DNA of 64,000 bases from an uncultured Methanosarcinaceae archaeon (GTDB taxonomy: Archaea > Halobacteriota > Methanosarcinia > Methanosarcinales > Methanosarcinaceae), in NCBI GenBank assembly GCA_963733675.1, contig CAVTET010000004.1, forward strand, positions 1 through 64,000, read 5' to 3'. Position 1 is the first letter of the stretch, and every line of letters starts with the position of its first letter. The notes under the pieces are model-generated. The model did not search any database. It had not been told where the DNA came from and was given only the letters and a program-made list of their open reading frames with translations. A program made the position numbers and the translations under genes. Shown here piece after piece: positions 9,285-21,320 of the stretch.

Positions 9285-10424
9285 ATGTCTTATGACATTT
9301 ACTCGCAGGTTCAGATGATGAAAGCAGTACTAGGCTTAGAAGACGGAACAGTTATCAGTGGCACTGGTTTTGGTGCCGAAGGAACAGCTTGTGGTGAACT
9401 TGTTTTTACCACTCAATTCACAGGATATGAGGAAGCTCTGACAGACCCATCTTATAAGGGTCAGATTTTAATGTTTACTTACCCACTAATCGGGAACTAT
9501 GGTGTCAGCGGGGAGCGTTTCCAATCAGATAACATCCATGCCGAGGGCCTTGTTGTTCGAGAGGCCTGTAAAAATCCTTATCATTATAAATCAACACGTT
9601 GTATTCATGAATTTTTAGAAGATGAAGGAAAACCAGGAATTGAAGGCGTAGACAGCCGTATGCTCACCATAAGGACAAGAGAACGCGGAACAATGCGTGC
9701 AGCCCTTATCACTGGCAATGATGATGGTGAAGAAGCTGTCTCTGTGGCAAGGAATTTTCCGCAGATGACGGACGAAGAACTGATTTCCCTTGTAACCTGC
9801 AAAGAACCTCGTTTTATTCCCGGATCAGATGGTACCTGGAAAGGTAGCAGTAAGCGCAAACATGCAGTTGTAGTTGACCTTGGGATAAAACGCAATATAA
9901 TAAACAACCTGCATAAAAGGGGAATTGACCTTACAATTGTTCCCGCGACAACAAAAATCACAGAAATTGCAGGCTACGAACCAGATCTCCTTATCGTTTC
10001 AAACGGCCCGGGAGATCCGGAAAAGGCAATCGAAGCAATTAATGTGGTAAAAGCTTTTGCAGGCACGATTCCTATCTGTGGAATATGCTTCGGGCATCAG
10101 ATCATCTCCCTAGCTATGGGAGCAAGGACATATAAATTGAAATTCGGGCACAGAGGGGGGAATCAACCAGTAAAAGATTTAGTGGAAAACAAAGTTTTCA
10201 TAACCTCTCAGAACCATGGGTATGCAGTTGACGCTGACTCTCTGGATGGGACGGGGCTATATGAAAGCTATATCAACGCAAATGACAAAACTGTTGAAGG
10301 AGTTTCCCACAAAAACTTGGACATCTTCAGTGTGCAGTTCCATCCTGAAGCCCAGGCAGGACCTATGGATACAGAGGAAACGTTCTTCAGTAAGGTTGTA
10401 AAAGTCCTAGGGGGTGAGATTTAA
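9285..10424 (+). CDS. carA: Carbamoyl-phosphate synthase small chain (true start probably ~9315)
   Basis: LTDPSYKGQI, SNGPGDP, GICFGHQ, QFHPE motifs. Confidence 0.96.
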   Translation: MSYDIYSQVQMMKAVLGLEDGTVISGTGFGAEGTACGELVFTTQFTGYEEALTDPSYKGQILMFTYPLIGNYGVSGERFQSDNIHAEGLVVREACKNPYHYKSTRCIHEFLEDEGKPGIEGVDSRMLTIRTRERGTMRAALITGNDDGEEAVSVARNFPQMTDEELISLVTCKEPRFIPGSDGTWKGSSKRKHAVVVDLGIKRNIINNLHKRGIDLTIVPATTKITEIAGYEPDLLIVSNGPGDPEKAIEAINVVKAFAGTIPICGICFGHQIISLAMGARTYKLKFGHRGGNQPVKDLVENKVFITSQNHGYAVDADSLDGTGLYESYINANDKTVEGVSHKNLDIFSVQFHPEAQAGPMDTEETFFSKVVKVLGGEI

Positions 10425-13400
10425 TGCCGAAACGCGGGGATATTAAGAAAGTTTTGCTTATAGGTTCAGGCCCTATAACTATCGGCCAAGCTGCAGAGTT
10501 CGACTTTTCAGGTAGTCAAGCCTGTAGATCCTTAAAAGAAGAAGGTGTACAGGTTGTTCTTGTGAACTCAAACCCTGCGACAATCATGACCGATCCAGAG
10601 ATGGCTGATTTTATTTACATCGAACCCCTTGATGCCAAAATTATAGAAAAAATCATCGAAAAAGAGTTGCCAGACGGGATAATCGCAGGTCTAGGCGGAC
10701 AGACTGGCTTAAATATCACAAGTGAACTTGCGGAAATGGGAGTATTTGAAAAATATGGAATCCGTATACTTGGTACTCCTGTTGAAGCCATAAAAAACAC
10801 AGAAAATCGTGAACTCTTCAAGGAGACCATGCTCAGGATAGGAGAAAAGGTTCCCTTGAGTCGTGCAGTTAACTCCCTAAAAGAAGCTGAAGAGGCTGTA
10901 GAGGAACTGGGCCTACCCCTAATTGTCCGTCCGGCATATACTTTGGGTGGGGCTGGAGGCGGAATTGCCCATACAAAGGAAGAACTCCTTGAAATCGCGG
11001 AACGTGGACTCAGACGCAGCCGCATTTCCCAGGTGCTTATCGAAGAAAGCGTGCTCGGATGGGCAGAGATTGAGTATGAGGTAATGAGGGATGCAAATGA
11101 TACCTGTATCATGATCTGTAACATGGAAAACATCGATGCAATGGGTGTGCATACCGGAGAATCCATAGTTGTTGCCCCTTCTCAGACCCTGACAGATGCA
11201 GAGCACCAGATGCTCAGGAGCGCATCAATCAAAATAATCCGTGCTCTTAAGATCGAAGGCGGATGCAATATCCAGTACGCTTTAAAAGAAGGCGACTACA
11301 GAGTTGTTGAGGTCAATCCAAGAGTTTCGAGGTCATCAGCCCTTGCATCCAAAGCTACAGGTTATCCGATTGCCCGCGTAACCGCAAAGATCGCAATCGG
11401 AATGACTCTTGACGAGATCACAAACAATGTTACCCAGAGTACTCCTGCTTCCTTTGAGCCGGCTCTAGATTACTTAATTATGAAAATTCCTAGGTGGCCT
11501 TTTGACAAATTCACAACTGCAGACAAAACCCTTACAACAGCCATGAAAAGCACTGGAGAAGTCATGGCAATAGGCAGGACAATTGAAGAGTCTCTGATGA
11601 AGGCTTTCAAGTCTCTGGATATCGACGACCAGCTAGGTGTAAAGTGCTGGGAAGAGCCAGAAATCAAGACTCTTCTCAAAACCCCAACAAGTGAACGCTT
11701 TTTTGTCATCTTTAATGCGCTTGAGAGAGGAATGTCGATAAAGGAAATTGCCGAACTTTCCAATATCAACCCGTTTTTTGTCTCAAAGATGAAAAAGATC
11801 GTGGACATGGAAAAGCGTATTAGGAGGGAAGAACTCACTACTGAGCTCCTACGTGAGGCAAAAAAAATGGGATTTCCTGACATGCGCCTTGCAGAACTAA
11901 CTTGCAAGACCGAACAGGAAATCAGCGACATCCGGCATGCAGCAAACATTGTGGCCACCTTTAAGATGGTGGACACATGTGCAGCCGAGTTTCAGGCAGC
12001 TACTCCTTATTATTATTCCACTTACGAAGAGACCTGTGAAATAAAACCAACCGACCGGAAAAAGATTCTCATCCTTGGTGCAGGTCCTATCAGAATAGGT
12101 CAGGGGATTGAATTTGATTACTGTACTGTTCATGCGGTCACTGCGCTTAGGGAGGAAGGTATCGAGACCCATATAATCAATAACAACCCTGAAACCGTTT
12201 CCACAGACTTTGACACCTCTGACAAGCTTTTTTTTGAGCCCCTAACCCTGGAATATGTGATGAACGTAATTGAATGTGAGAGGCCTGATGGTGTACTGGT
12301 GCAGTTTGGAGGACAGACTTCGGTGAACCTTGCGCTCCCCCTAAAGCGAGAATTAAAGCGTAAGACAGATCTAGATACTGTAATCATGGGTACCGACCCT
12401 GATGATATGGATCTTGCCGAAGACAGAGAAAAGTTCTATATTTTGATGCAGGAACTTGGGATTCCGCAGCCTGATGGTGGATATGCAACTTCTCATCAGG
12501 AAGCAATTGAGGTTGCGAAAAGGATCGGCTTCCCTGTCCTTGTGAGGCCCTCCTATGTTCTCGGTGGAAGAGCAATGGAGATTGTTTATGACGAAATTGA
12601 CCTTGAACGCTATATGAAAGAAGCTGTAAGAGTATCTCCAGAACACCCGATCCTGATTGACGATTTCCTTGAAGCAGCCTGCGAAATTGATGTTGATGCG
12701 GTCTGTGACCAGAAAGAGGTACTGATAGGCGCAATCATGGAGCACATTGAAGAAGCAGGAGTACATTCCGGAGACTCAGCCTGTGTAATTCCTCCCCAGT
12801 CCCTATCGCCTGATGTGCTTGACCGGGTAAGAAACTACACACGGAAGATTGCACTCGCACTTAGGGTAAAAGGATTGATCAACATCCAGATGGCAGAAAA
12901 AGGTGGAAATGTTTATGTTCTTGAAGCAAATCCGCGTTCGAGTAGGACAATTCCCTTTGTCTCAAAAGCAGTAGGGATTCCACTTGCAAAAATTGCAGCA
13001 AAAGTGATTGCAGGGTATAGCTTAAAGAGTCTGGGATATACGGATGAGCCAAAGCCCAAACACGTTTCCATTAAAGAAGTCCTCCTGCCCTTCGACAAAC
13101 TTCCAGGTGCAGACCCTATCCTTGGCCCGGAGATGAAAAGTACTGGAGAGGTGATGGGGATTGACTACAATTTTGGTAGGGCATACTACAAGGCAGAACT
13201 TGCAGCCGATAACCTCCTTCCCCTTAATGGAAAGGTTTTCCTATCCATCAGTAATGCAGACAAGACCGAACTCGTGGAAGTTGCCAGAAAACTTAATGCA
13301 GCAGGCCTTGAGCTAATGGGTACAAGTGGCACTGTTAGCTACCTTGCACAGCATGGGATTTTCATGGACATAGTAAAGAAGGTTCACGAAGGAAGCCCAA

Positions 13401-13660
13401 ACGTCATAGATATGCTGCGCAGAGACGAAGTTGGCCTTATCATCAACACACCAACAAGCAAAGAGTCCCGCAGGGATGGTTCAAGGATCAGACGGGCAGC
13501 AGTTGATTTCAAGGTCCCATATATCACAACCATCCAGGCAGCATTAGCTGCAGCCGATGCGATCGAGACCATGAAGAAAGGTCAGGAACTCACAATCAAA
13601 TCCATCAACGAGTACCACAGAGAAATGAAGCAAGAAAGCAAGTTCGAGCCGGCAAAATAG
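10424..13660 (+). CDS. carB: Carbamoyl-phosphate synthase large chain
   Basis: MPKRGDIKKVLLIGSGPITIGQAAEFD; duplicated ATP-grasp domains; MGS-like C-terminus. Confidence 0.97.
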   Translation: MPKRGDIKKVLLIGSGPITIGQAAEFDFSGSQACRSLKEEGVQVVLVNSNPATIMTDPEMADFIYIEPLDAKIIEKIIEKELPDGIIAGLGGQTGLNITSELAEMGVFEKYGIRILGTPVEAIKNTENRELFKETMLRIGEKVPLSRAVNSLKEAEEAVEELGLPLIVRPAYTLGGAGGGIAHTKEELLEIAERGLRRSRISQVLIEESVLGWAEIEYEVMRDANDTCIMICNMENIDAMGVHTGESIVVAPSQTLTDAEHQMLRSASIKIIRALKIEGGCNIQYALKEGDYRVVEVNPRVSRSSALASKATGYPIARVTAKIAIGMTLDEITNNVTQSTPASFEPALDYLIMKIPRWPFDKFTTADKTLTTAMKSTGEVMAIGRTIEESLMKAFKSLDIDDQLGVKCWEEPEIKTLLKTPTSERFFVIFNALERGMSIKEIAELSNINPFFVSKMKKIVDMEKRIRREELTTELLREAKKMGFPDMRLAELTCKTEQEISDIRHAANIVATFKMVDTCAAEFQAATPYYYSTYEETCEIKPTDRKKILILGAGPIRIGQGIEFDYCTVHAVTALREEGIETHIINNNPETVSTDFDTSDKLFFEPLTLEYVMNVIECERPDGVLVQFGGQTSVNLALPLKRELKRKTDLDTVIMGTDPDDMDLAEDREKFYILMQELGIPQPDGGYATSHQEAIEVAKRIGFPVLVRPSYVLGGRAMEIVYDEIDLERYMKEAVRVSPEHPILIDDFLEAACEIDVDAVCDQKEVLIGAIMEHIEEAGVHSGDSACVIPPQSLSPDVLDRVRNYTRKIALALRVKGLINIQMAEKGGNVYVLEANPRSSRTIPFVSKAVGIPLAKIAAKVIAGYSLKSLGYTDEPKPKHVSIKEVLLPFDKLPGADPILGPEMKSTGEVMGIDYNFGRAYYKAELAADNLLPLNGKVFLSISNADKTELVEVARKLNAAGLELMGTSGTVSYLAQHGIFMDIVKKVHEGSPNVIDMLRRDEVGLIINTPTSKESRRDGSRIRRAAVDFKVPYITTIQAALAAADAIETMKKGQELTIKSINEYHREMKQESKFEPAK

Positions 13661-14103
13661 ATCCAAAATCATGACGTTCTGAATTGAATCTTAAGTAGCA
13701 GATAACTATTCAGATACCGACAAATAATCTAAGCGATGCCAATTTAGATCTTCCAGTACATGTAGCTAAAAACCTAAACAAAACAGGAAAACATAATCAA
13801 TATAATCAATTAAAAAAATAGATCTCAAAAAATATTTTCTTTAAATATTAATTAAGGAATATACTGATTTTGTTTTCCCCAAGCTGAATAGTTACAGCAC
13901 AGTTCTAACCAACAATTCAGAATCGAAGTTCTAAGCAAAAGTCCTAATCTAAAGTTCTGAAACAAACTATGTACAAAAATTTGAACCAAAAAGGATAGCT
14001 TTTCTCATCCATATATATCTATTATATTAGATTTCAATCTTATTTAATTTCATTTGTTTTAATCCATCAATTTGTTTTAATCCTTTAAAGGGGTAGTAGA
14101 AGC

Positions 14104-15291
14104 ATGACAAAAAAAGTTGCACTTGCATATTCTGGAGGGCTGGATACCTCTGTGTGCATTCCCATCCTCAAGGAAAAATATGGATACGATGAAGTGATCA
14201 CAATTTCTGTAGATGTAGGTCAGCCTGAAGAGGAAATCAAGAGAGCCGACGCAAAAGCCCAGAAAATCAGCAATAAACACTACACGATTGATGCAAAGGA
14301 AGAATTTGTAAAAGATTATATTGGTCCCCTTATCAAAGCCAACGGAAGTTATGAAGGTTACGTAATGGGTACATCCGTTGCCCGTCCTCTTATTGCCAAA
14401 AAGGTGGTAGAGATTGCCAAAAAAGAAGGTGCATTAGCCCTTGCTCACGGTTGTACAGGAAAAGGAAATGATCAACTTCGTTTCGAAGCCATTTTCCGCC
14501 AGACAGATATGAAAGTTATCGCTCCGATGCGGGAGATGAACCTGACTCGTGAGTGGGAAATCAACTACGCAAAAGAGCACGGAATACCGGTAGAAGCCAC
14601 CAAATCCAAACCCTGGAGCGTTGATGAAAATATATGGAGCCGCAGTATAGAAGGTGGCGCGCTTGAAGATCCATCTTTTGTTCCGCCCGAAGAAATCTAC
14701 GAGTGGACTAAATCCCCGGAAAAAGCTCCTGAAAAGCCGAAAATTCTTGATATATACTTCGAAGCAGGATTTCCGGTCTCTCTTGACGGTGAAAAACTCA
14801 GCGGTTACAACTTAGTTAAGGAGCTAAATGAAATTGCAGGCGAAAACGGGATAGGTAGGACAGATATGATCGAAGACCGTGTCCTTGGTCTTAAAGCCCG
14901 AGAGAACTACGAGCATCCAGCTGCAACCGTTCTAATTACTGCTCATGCAGACCTTGAAAAACTTGTACTCACCCGTGGAGAACTCAAGTTCAAGAAAATC
15001 GTTGAAGAACAGTGGTCAGAAATGGCCTACTCCGGCCTGGTAGATGACCCCCTCTTTGCAGACCTCAACGCCTTTATCGACAAGTCCCAAGAAAGGGTCA
15101 CTGGAAATGTGAAAGTGAAGCTCTACAAAGGCGCACTCACCATCCTTGCTCGCTCCTCTCCAAACTCTCTCTACTCCGAAGACCTTGTCTCCTTTGACAG
15201 TCAGACGATTGACCAGAAGGATGCCGAAGGTTTTGCAAAATACCACGGATTTCAGGCAAGAATGTATAAAAAAGTTATGGGTAAACGTTAG
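14104..15291 (+). CDS. argG: Argininosuccinate synthase
   Basis: [22 protein letters not shown] motifs. Confidence 0.97.
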   Translation: MTKKVALAYSGGLDTSVCIPILKEKYGYDEVITISVDVGQPEEEIKRADAKAQKISNKHYTIDAKEEFVKDYIGPLIKANGSYEGYVMGTSVARPLIAKKVVEIAKKEGALALAHGCTGKGNDQLRFEAIFRQTDMKVIAPMREMNLTREWEINYAKEHGIPVEATKSKPWSVDENIWSRSIEGGALEDPSFVPPEEIYEWTKSPEKAPEKPKILDIYFEAGFPVSLDGEKLSGYNLVKELNEIAGENGIGRTDMIEDRVLGLKARENYEHPAATVLITAHADLEKLVLTRGELKFKKIVEEQWSEMAYSGLVDDPLFADLNAFIDKSQERVTGNVKVKLYKGALTILARSSPNSLYSEDLVSFDSQTIDQKDAEGFAKYHGFQARMYKKVMGKR

Positions 15292-15313
15292 AGTATTTCA
15301 ATAAACCCCAATT

Positions 15314-17194
15314 TTAAGTTGGTTGTTTATGGAGCCTATATAAGCAATTTGTTGAAATCGGATGTTTATCGAAATTCTCTGGAATATATTCTGTGTTCCA
15401 AGATTCATTTTGTGACGCGATACCAAGACCAGATAATTTGAGTTGATAATTTGTTAGATCCGAAGCACCTGGATTTGTAGCGATTACTTGGAAATAATTT
15501 TGTATTGGAGTTATTGTTACTTTTAGAGGAATTGCAGAATACTGATGAATGAACAAATAATCAACTTGTATTTTTTCTTTCGATTGCCTCGTGAAGATAT
15601 GAGGATATCTCACAACTCCTACACCATCTTCATTCGAAATATAAGCTTTACTACCATCTATAATGAATATCGTTGAGCTTCCTGTTCTCGAAATATCGTA
15701 AGTGTGCCAATCTCCGAACCAAGACGATCCTATGTTATGGAGATCATAAGTAGACCCTCCTGATTCTAGATAATGGGCACCAGCAATAGATGTAAGGTCA
15801 TTTGAATGAGTTGCCAGTGAATCGGTACTTAACCCAATTTTACATATCTGGCAACTCGGTGAATGGGTTTTTACCCCCACCATAGCTCTCATTGTCAAAG
15901 TGTTATTTTCAATACACCCCCGATTAGCCATTATCCACTCTTCACCATAATTGTAGTTAGTAGGATTTTCCGTAATGGTCAATATATCATTTTTGATATC
16001 CATTTGACCTGTATTTTGTTTATAGTTCCATTTGCTCGGATCCGGAATAATATGGGGATTTGCTTTTAACTGTTTCAGATCGATTTTTTCATTATATGTA
16101 ATTCCATGAGTATCCGAAGTTGTGTCCCTCCCTCCTATAACGTATAAACTACTACCTGAAATAGCAGTTCCCACCCCATCCCTAGGATGTAAACCTAAAG
16201 CAAATCTCTGTGACCATGAATTAGTTGTTATATTATAATAATAAATTTCTGAATGAAAGATGCTTGAAGGCCCCTGACCGTAACCCATAATAATTTTATC
16301 TCCATATAATGTATTCTCACGTGTATGCCTATATACTGAATATGGAGCCGCAGCGAGAGGATTCGACCACGAATTTGAGGACAGGTCATAAGCATATACT
16401 CCGTTACTTCCTATTTTTCCTGAGAGATGTGGGGCTCCTCCAAATAAATATATTTTATTAGTAGCTGGGTAATATACTAAACCACCCCACGAAATGTTAA
16501 CCGGACAATTTGCCAGTTGTGTGTAAATGTCGGTATCTATTCTGTATTTATAAAAATAATTGCCTAGTATGAGATAGGTATTCATGCCATATGTAACCGA
16601 CATCAAACCCTGATGAGAAATAGAAGTAGGCATTTGAACAGGGTCTAAGGTCCAAGAGTTTGTTGTAATGTTATAAATCTGGAGATGAGGAATGGAATCT
16701 AGCCCAAATCTATCGTTACTGCCACCATAACAGTAAATTCTATCTGCGTAATGTACTGTTGTTACCCCCCATGCAGCGATAGGCATTGTCGCACCCTGCG
16801 TCCAAGAATTATTAGCCAAATCATAAATTTGTTCATTGTTGAGAATTATAGAAGATGATGATCCATAGCCGCCAGTCGCATAAATTTTATTATTATACAA
16901 GACAAGAGGTACGTCCGCAGCTCCTGTCAACAAATCTGCCTTTTGTGTGACTAGGCCGTCATATTGTATTGTTGAGGCCGACTTAAAATCTTCAAAAAAA
17001 GTGGGAAATACAGCGTTACCATTTGGAGAAAAACCCACTGCTTTAGTGAGATTGAAGGTTATGGAACTTCCAGATGGAATCGTTTTTGAAATCCATAAGT
17101 TATTATTCCCATCAATCCAGTAAGAAGCAGAAGCATTTGACATCGCGAGTGTACCTAACGCCAGTATTAAAAACAAAGTTAGGTTAAATTTCAT
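15314..17194 (-). CDS. Secreted Kelch-repeat protein with DUF2341-like segments
   Basis: Signal peptide; repeated IYxxGG...YDxxxNSW Kelch blades; GNAVFPTFFEDF and NPGASDLTNYQLKL segments. Confidence 0.75.
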   Translation of the reverse strand: MKFNLTLFLILALGTLAMSNASASYWIDGNNNLWISKTIPSGSSITFNLTKAVGFSPNGNAVFPTFFEDFKSASTIQYDGLVTQKADLLTGAADVPLVLYNNKIYATGGYGSSSSIILNNEQIYDLANNSWTQGATMPIAAWGVTTVHYADRIYCYGGSNDRFGLDSIPHLQIYNITTNSWTLDPVQMPTSISHQGLMSVTYGMNTYLILGNYFYKYRIDTDIYTQLANCPVNISWGGLVYYPATNKIYLFGGAPHLSGKIGSNGVYAYDLSSNSWSNPLAAAPYSVYRHTRENTLYGDKIIMGYGQGPSSIFHSEIYYYNITTNSWSQRFALGLHPRDGVGTAISGSSLYVIGGRDTTSDTHGITYNEKIDLKQLKANPHIIPDPSKWNYKQNTGQMDIKNDILTITENPTNYNYGEEWIMANRGCIENNTLTMRAMVGVKTHSPSCQICKIGLSTDSLATHSNDLTSIAGAHYLESGGSTYDLHNIGSSWFGDWHTYDISRTGSSTIFIIDGSKAYISNEDGVGVVRYPHIFTRQSKEKIQVDYLFIHQYSAIPLKVTITPIQNYFQVIATNPGASDLTNYQLKLSGLGIASQNESWNTEYIPENFDKHPISTNCLYRLHKQPT

Positions 17195-18141
17195 CTAGAT
17201 TCAACTCTGAAGACAATGCAACATTATTCTATATCGCATAACTATATATCATCAAATTAATTTATTTTTCGACTCCAGTTTAGTTTTTTTAACATAAATA
17301 AATTTCGATTCTTCAAGTAAAGTGGAAAGAGAATCTACCTATGGAGGTATATTCAAAACTCTGCGAGTAGTAGGTTGTGTCTCTAGTTATCTTTTTATTA
17401 GGGATCCTAACCACAGGTTTTTCAACATAAACAAGCGTATTGACAGTTATATCTTCACCAAAAATTAGAAATATGCTTTCAAGTTCAATCAATAATAGAG
17501 ACTACTCTATAAAATCACTCATTATAAATTCGAAGAAAGAATTCAGGAAACTAATAAGAGTCCAGTGGCTCACAATTGAGATATTCCCGTAGGATTAAGT
17601 CTTACTATGTATGATTAATTTTAAAGGAGTTTTTTTCCTGAGGCACTGGAAAAACTGGAAAAGATAGTGCTATTAAGTGCATGAAAATGAAAAATATAAA
17701 TTTTTTTGGACCTTTTATTCCCCATCAAATCAAGCTATTCACATTTTATATAATATTGACTGAATACTAATTGAACATCAAAAAATTAAGAACACATTAG
17801 TTACTTTGAAGCCAGGTATTAAGTGTGGCTTCGTTGACAGGATTTGTAACCCTGAATAATGAAATTATAATTAAAGAACTTAGAGAAACTTTTACAGCAA
17901 AACCTGTAAAGATGAGTGAAAACTTGAAATAAAAAGTAAGAAATTCCGTACAAAAGATGCGATCTGAACACACGAATTTCTACGAGAATATATTATATCT
18001 TTAACTTAGAAATTTTATAAAATATACTAAGAGTTATATCCCAGACACAATATACTTTTTTTACCCAATGTACTGTTCTTTGATTGTTTGCACCAGAAAG
18101 TTACTGATGTAATTTCTTAGAAATATTTCTATATTTTTTCC

Positions 18142-18318
18142 TTAAGGTATAATTATAGCCATGGCAATATATATTACTAGCCCTATTCCTTCAAATAGAG
18201 TAAGAGCTACAAAAGCAAGTCTTATTAGAGTAGGATCAATTCCAAAGTATTCACCTAGTCCTCCACAGACTCCAAAAATTTTACGGTCAGTCTTACTCTT
18301 GGTCAAGCGATTCTCCAT
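18142..18318 (-). CDS. PspC-domain membrane protein
   Basis: MENRLTKSKTDRKIFGVCGGLGEYFGIDPTLIRL; start corrected from 18507. Confidence 0.85.
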   Translation of the reverse strand: MENRLTKSKTDRKIFGVCGGLGEYFGIDPTLIRLAFVALTLFEGIGLVIYIAMAIIIP

Positions 18319-19146
18319 AGTGTAAAAAGTTCTTTTTTTATCTATAAATTCTTTTTGAGGCTTTTGTATAATTTTTTCGATTTGTCTTTCATCTTTCATT
18401 CCGAATTCCTCCCTTAAATCAGATTTTGTAAGCCATAGAGTTCCAAAAAAGGTCCCTTGATTTTTTTTCAATTTCATTTTTTCTTGAGAATCCAGATTTT
18501 TGTTCATTTTATTATTTCATTCCTGAGAATTTATACTATGAGAGTCTCTCTCCATTTTCTTCACTATTCTTATTTCAATCTTCAATTTCAGAAATATTTT
18601 GGGCAATATTACCCTTTTCACTGTGATAAATCTGGTTTAACATCAGGATGAGTATTAAAATTTGAAAAACTTATCTCCAAGTATTCGGAAAGTAGTTCCC
18701 CCAAGCTCTAAGGTTTGACTGGCCTATCATTCATTTTTTGGTATATAAACTCCGGCAAGATTCATGTAGAAAGCACTTTGAGATTATTCTCTCATGAAGA
18801 GCTACATAATTCTTCCCAAGAAATTAACAACCATTGTATAATTATTGCATTGATCACTGAATTTGCAAGAAAGAAAAAACACTTATATTTGGAATCCTTC
18901 ATTTAGCTACTAGACTTGCATCGAGAGAAATCAGAGACTTTGAACATGTAAATAGGGATTTCAAAAAAAGCATTACAAAATTAGCATTTGTTCTGCCCAA
19001 AATTAGGGAAAAAAGAAATTTTCTTTCTGGAATTTCGAGAATATTGAAAATGGAACTAGGAGATGTTAATAACTTATCATGTTATCCATTTTATGGGACA
19101 GGGATAAAAATAGAGAAAGAAGGATATTAACTTCATGTAGCTTCCA

Positions 19147-19404
19147 ATGACAAATAAACGTGTTGTCTTTCTGGACCATTATGGTCCGGTAAGTAATGTT
19201 GTATTCAGTCCTGATGGAAAACATGTTGCTACGGCGAGTAAGGATAAAACTGCAAGGTTGTGGATTTTCAGCAGTACAGAAGATCTTATAAAAGAGGCCT
19301 GCATCCGTTTAACCTAGAATCTTACACCAGAGGAATGGAAAACGTATATGGGTGATGAACCTTACCACAAAACATTAAATTTCAGTAAATGTTTGCAAAT
19401 ATAG
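19147..19404 (+). pseudogene. C-terminal remnant of a WD40-repeat protein (internal TAG at 19315)
   Basis: HYGPVSNVVFSPDGKHVATASKDKTARLW...EACIRLT*NLTPEEWKTYMG. Confidence 0.75.
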
Positions 19405-19607
19405 GACTATACAGTTGGAGATTTAATGCTATTGATTTCTCAGTTCAACCGCTTAAGTCCTATTTCATATATTACATAATGAACTCATCCTAAAACCAAC
19501 TTTATGTTCAAATCAAAAAAGTTTCAGGACCATTTTTATAAGCGGAAACTCGATCGATAATTCAGAATTTGTATCTGAAATGTAATTTCGAGTTTTGGGA
19601 TAGGCTC
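19402..19607. mobile_element. Two adjacent degenerate MITE-like elements (19402-19462 and 19481-19607)
   Basis: Imperfect TIR pairs TAGGACT...AGTCCTA and GAACTCATCCTAAAAC...GTTTTGGGATAGGCTC. Confidence 0.45.
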
Positions 19608-19669
19608 AATAATAAAAACTTGTTTTGAACGCAAGTCTATGTAGCTTTTTCTAAAGGAGGTTTAAGAAC

Positions 19670-20017
19670 ATGACTACTGTTGTAATCAACGAAGATATGC
19701 CTATTTTAGTTGAATTCGCGCCTGCTCTTGGTACACGGGATGTTTCAATCACACCGAAAGATATAGAACAAAAATCGGCTGAGGCTCTAAATAGCGCCAT
19801 GAATACAATACATCAAATGACAACGTCTATAGTAGCCACTATAAATTCTGTCTCTGAGAATACTCGACCATCTAAAGTAGAAGCAACATTTGGTCTAAAG
19901 CTCACTGCCGAGGGAAATGCATTAATAACTAAGGGTGGCCTGGAAGCTAATATCAACGTGACTCTCACATGGGAGCTTAAAAAGGAAAATGAGTCAAACT
20001 TTACAAAATCGACATAA
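19670..20017 (+). CDS. CU044_2847/Trypco1-like (trypsin-co-occurring domain) protein
   Basis: PSKVEATFGLKLTAEGNALITKGGLEANINVTLTW signature; GGAGG RBS. Confidence 0.75.
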   Translation: MTTVVINEDMPILVEFAPALGTRDVSITPKDIEQKSAEALNSAMNTIHQMTTSIVATINSVSENTRPSKVEATFGLKLTAEGNALITKGGLEANINVTLTWELKKENESNFTKST

Positions 20018-20379
20018 TAGATTAGGTATATAAAAACGCTGCATCTCGTTTCAATGACTTTATATCTAAAGAAGAAACTTTAAAATACAATTTGAGAGCG
20101 TTAGCCAGCGAGGTTAAGGCGGTAAATACAGAGACTGATCTCTGAGGAGCTCTTGCTTTCGAATCTAATCCCTCGCACTAAACTTTTTTTGAATAGTGTA
20201 AAGCATAAGGTAATGTCTTTTATATGTTTCTTGAAATTGTAAGGTTCTTTATAGCTTACATTGTAATAAAAATTTCCAGTAAGTTCTAAACCTCATGAAG
20301 TCAACCCCACATATTAAACAAAACTGTTACATGGATAATTCGGGAGGAAGGAATCTCATATCATACTTGGTGCCTCCCT

Positions 20380-21320
20380 TGAAAGTTTTTCATTCTTCAT
20401 CTCCCATCTTCGGGCCGATGAGGGTTTCAAGATCTACTGGGCATCTCCCCTCGGGAGGAGGTTGGTAAGGGCGCTTAAGGAGCAGAGGATCCCTCGTCCT
20501 TCGACCACCTGGCCTGGATGCATACCACAATTCCTCCTTCGGCTGTGATCTCTATCTCTGTGCCAATCTCTCCAAGACGATGGAGGTTGATGTTTCTTAG
20601 TAGCCCCCATTGACTTTTCCATCCAACAGTGCTTGAAGGGGCATAGGTTGCGGTAGGTCTTGAAAAGTTGGGCGATGGTTTTGGGCACTAAGTCTGCGAC
20701 TATCTCCGCCTTGGCTGTGGCATAGGCCATGTAGCATCCCAATATCCGTTTTGTCAGAATCGCGTCGTCATCTTCAAGAGTCACTCTGACGTGACCGCCC
20801 TTCACCTCATCGCGGTTTTCAATCCCTAGGTCGAACTTCTTCTTACCTGTGTTGGTAACATCCTTCAGAGCCTCTTTGATTCTATTGGCAAATGGGAGTG
20901 TGGGCAAGCGCCGATGGTCACGGCGTAGGTAGGACAGTAGGCCGGGAGGGGGGATGAGGCCATAACATTTCCCTAGCCATAGAGGCCTGCAACCCTCTCT
21001 ATGTCCTCTTGGGTGTTGATCCCTTCTCGTATTAGGTCTTCAGCAACCTCGTATGGAACCAGACCGGCATCTAGCTGGCAGCCAGGAATGTTGGAAACCA
21101 GACAACTCCGAAGCCTTCACCTATTACGCTTCCATGGTCATCGAAGATCCGGGCTAATATACCCTTAGGATGCTCGTAGGCCACGATCCGACCTCCAGCA
21201 CGGGGATCTCCTCAGCAATCGCATGATATATGCCACAAGCACCTTCTCTGGGTTTTATCACCCCTTTTACACTAGTGGTAAGCATCTCTTTGAGGGTTTG
21301 AGGACATTAATCTCTTCCAT
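20380..21320 (-). pseudogene. GC-rich, multiply frameshifted gene of unknown function
   Basis: Abrupt rise in GC; protein-like segments in several frames (GACGIYHAIAEEI, ARIFDDHGSVIGEGFGVVW, CPFKHCWM). Confidence 0.55.

Noticed and set aside
9605-13572. Many antisense ORFs over carAB, and likewise over trp, top6 and sulfatase genes
   Set aside because: Shadow frames of well-supported genes with no independent motifs.
19315-19317. Pyrrolysine readthrough in the WD40 fragment
   Set aside because: The gene is an N-terminally truncated relic, so a nonsense mutation is the simpler explanation.
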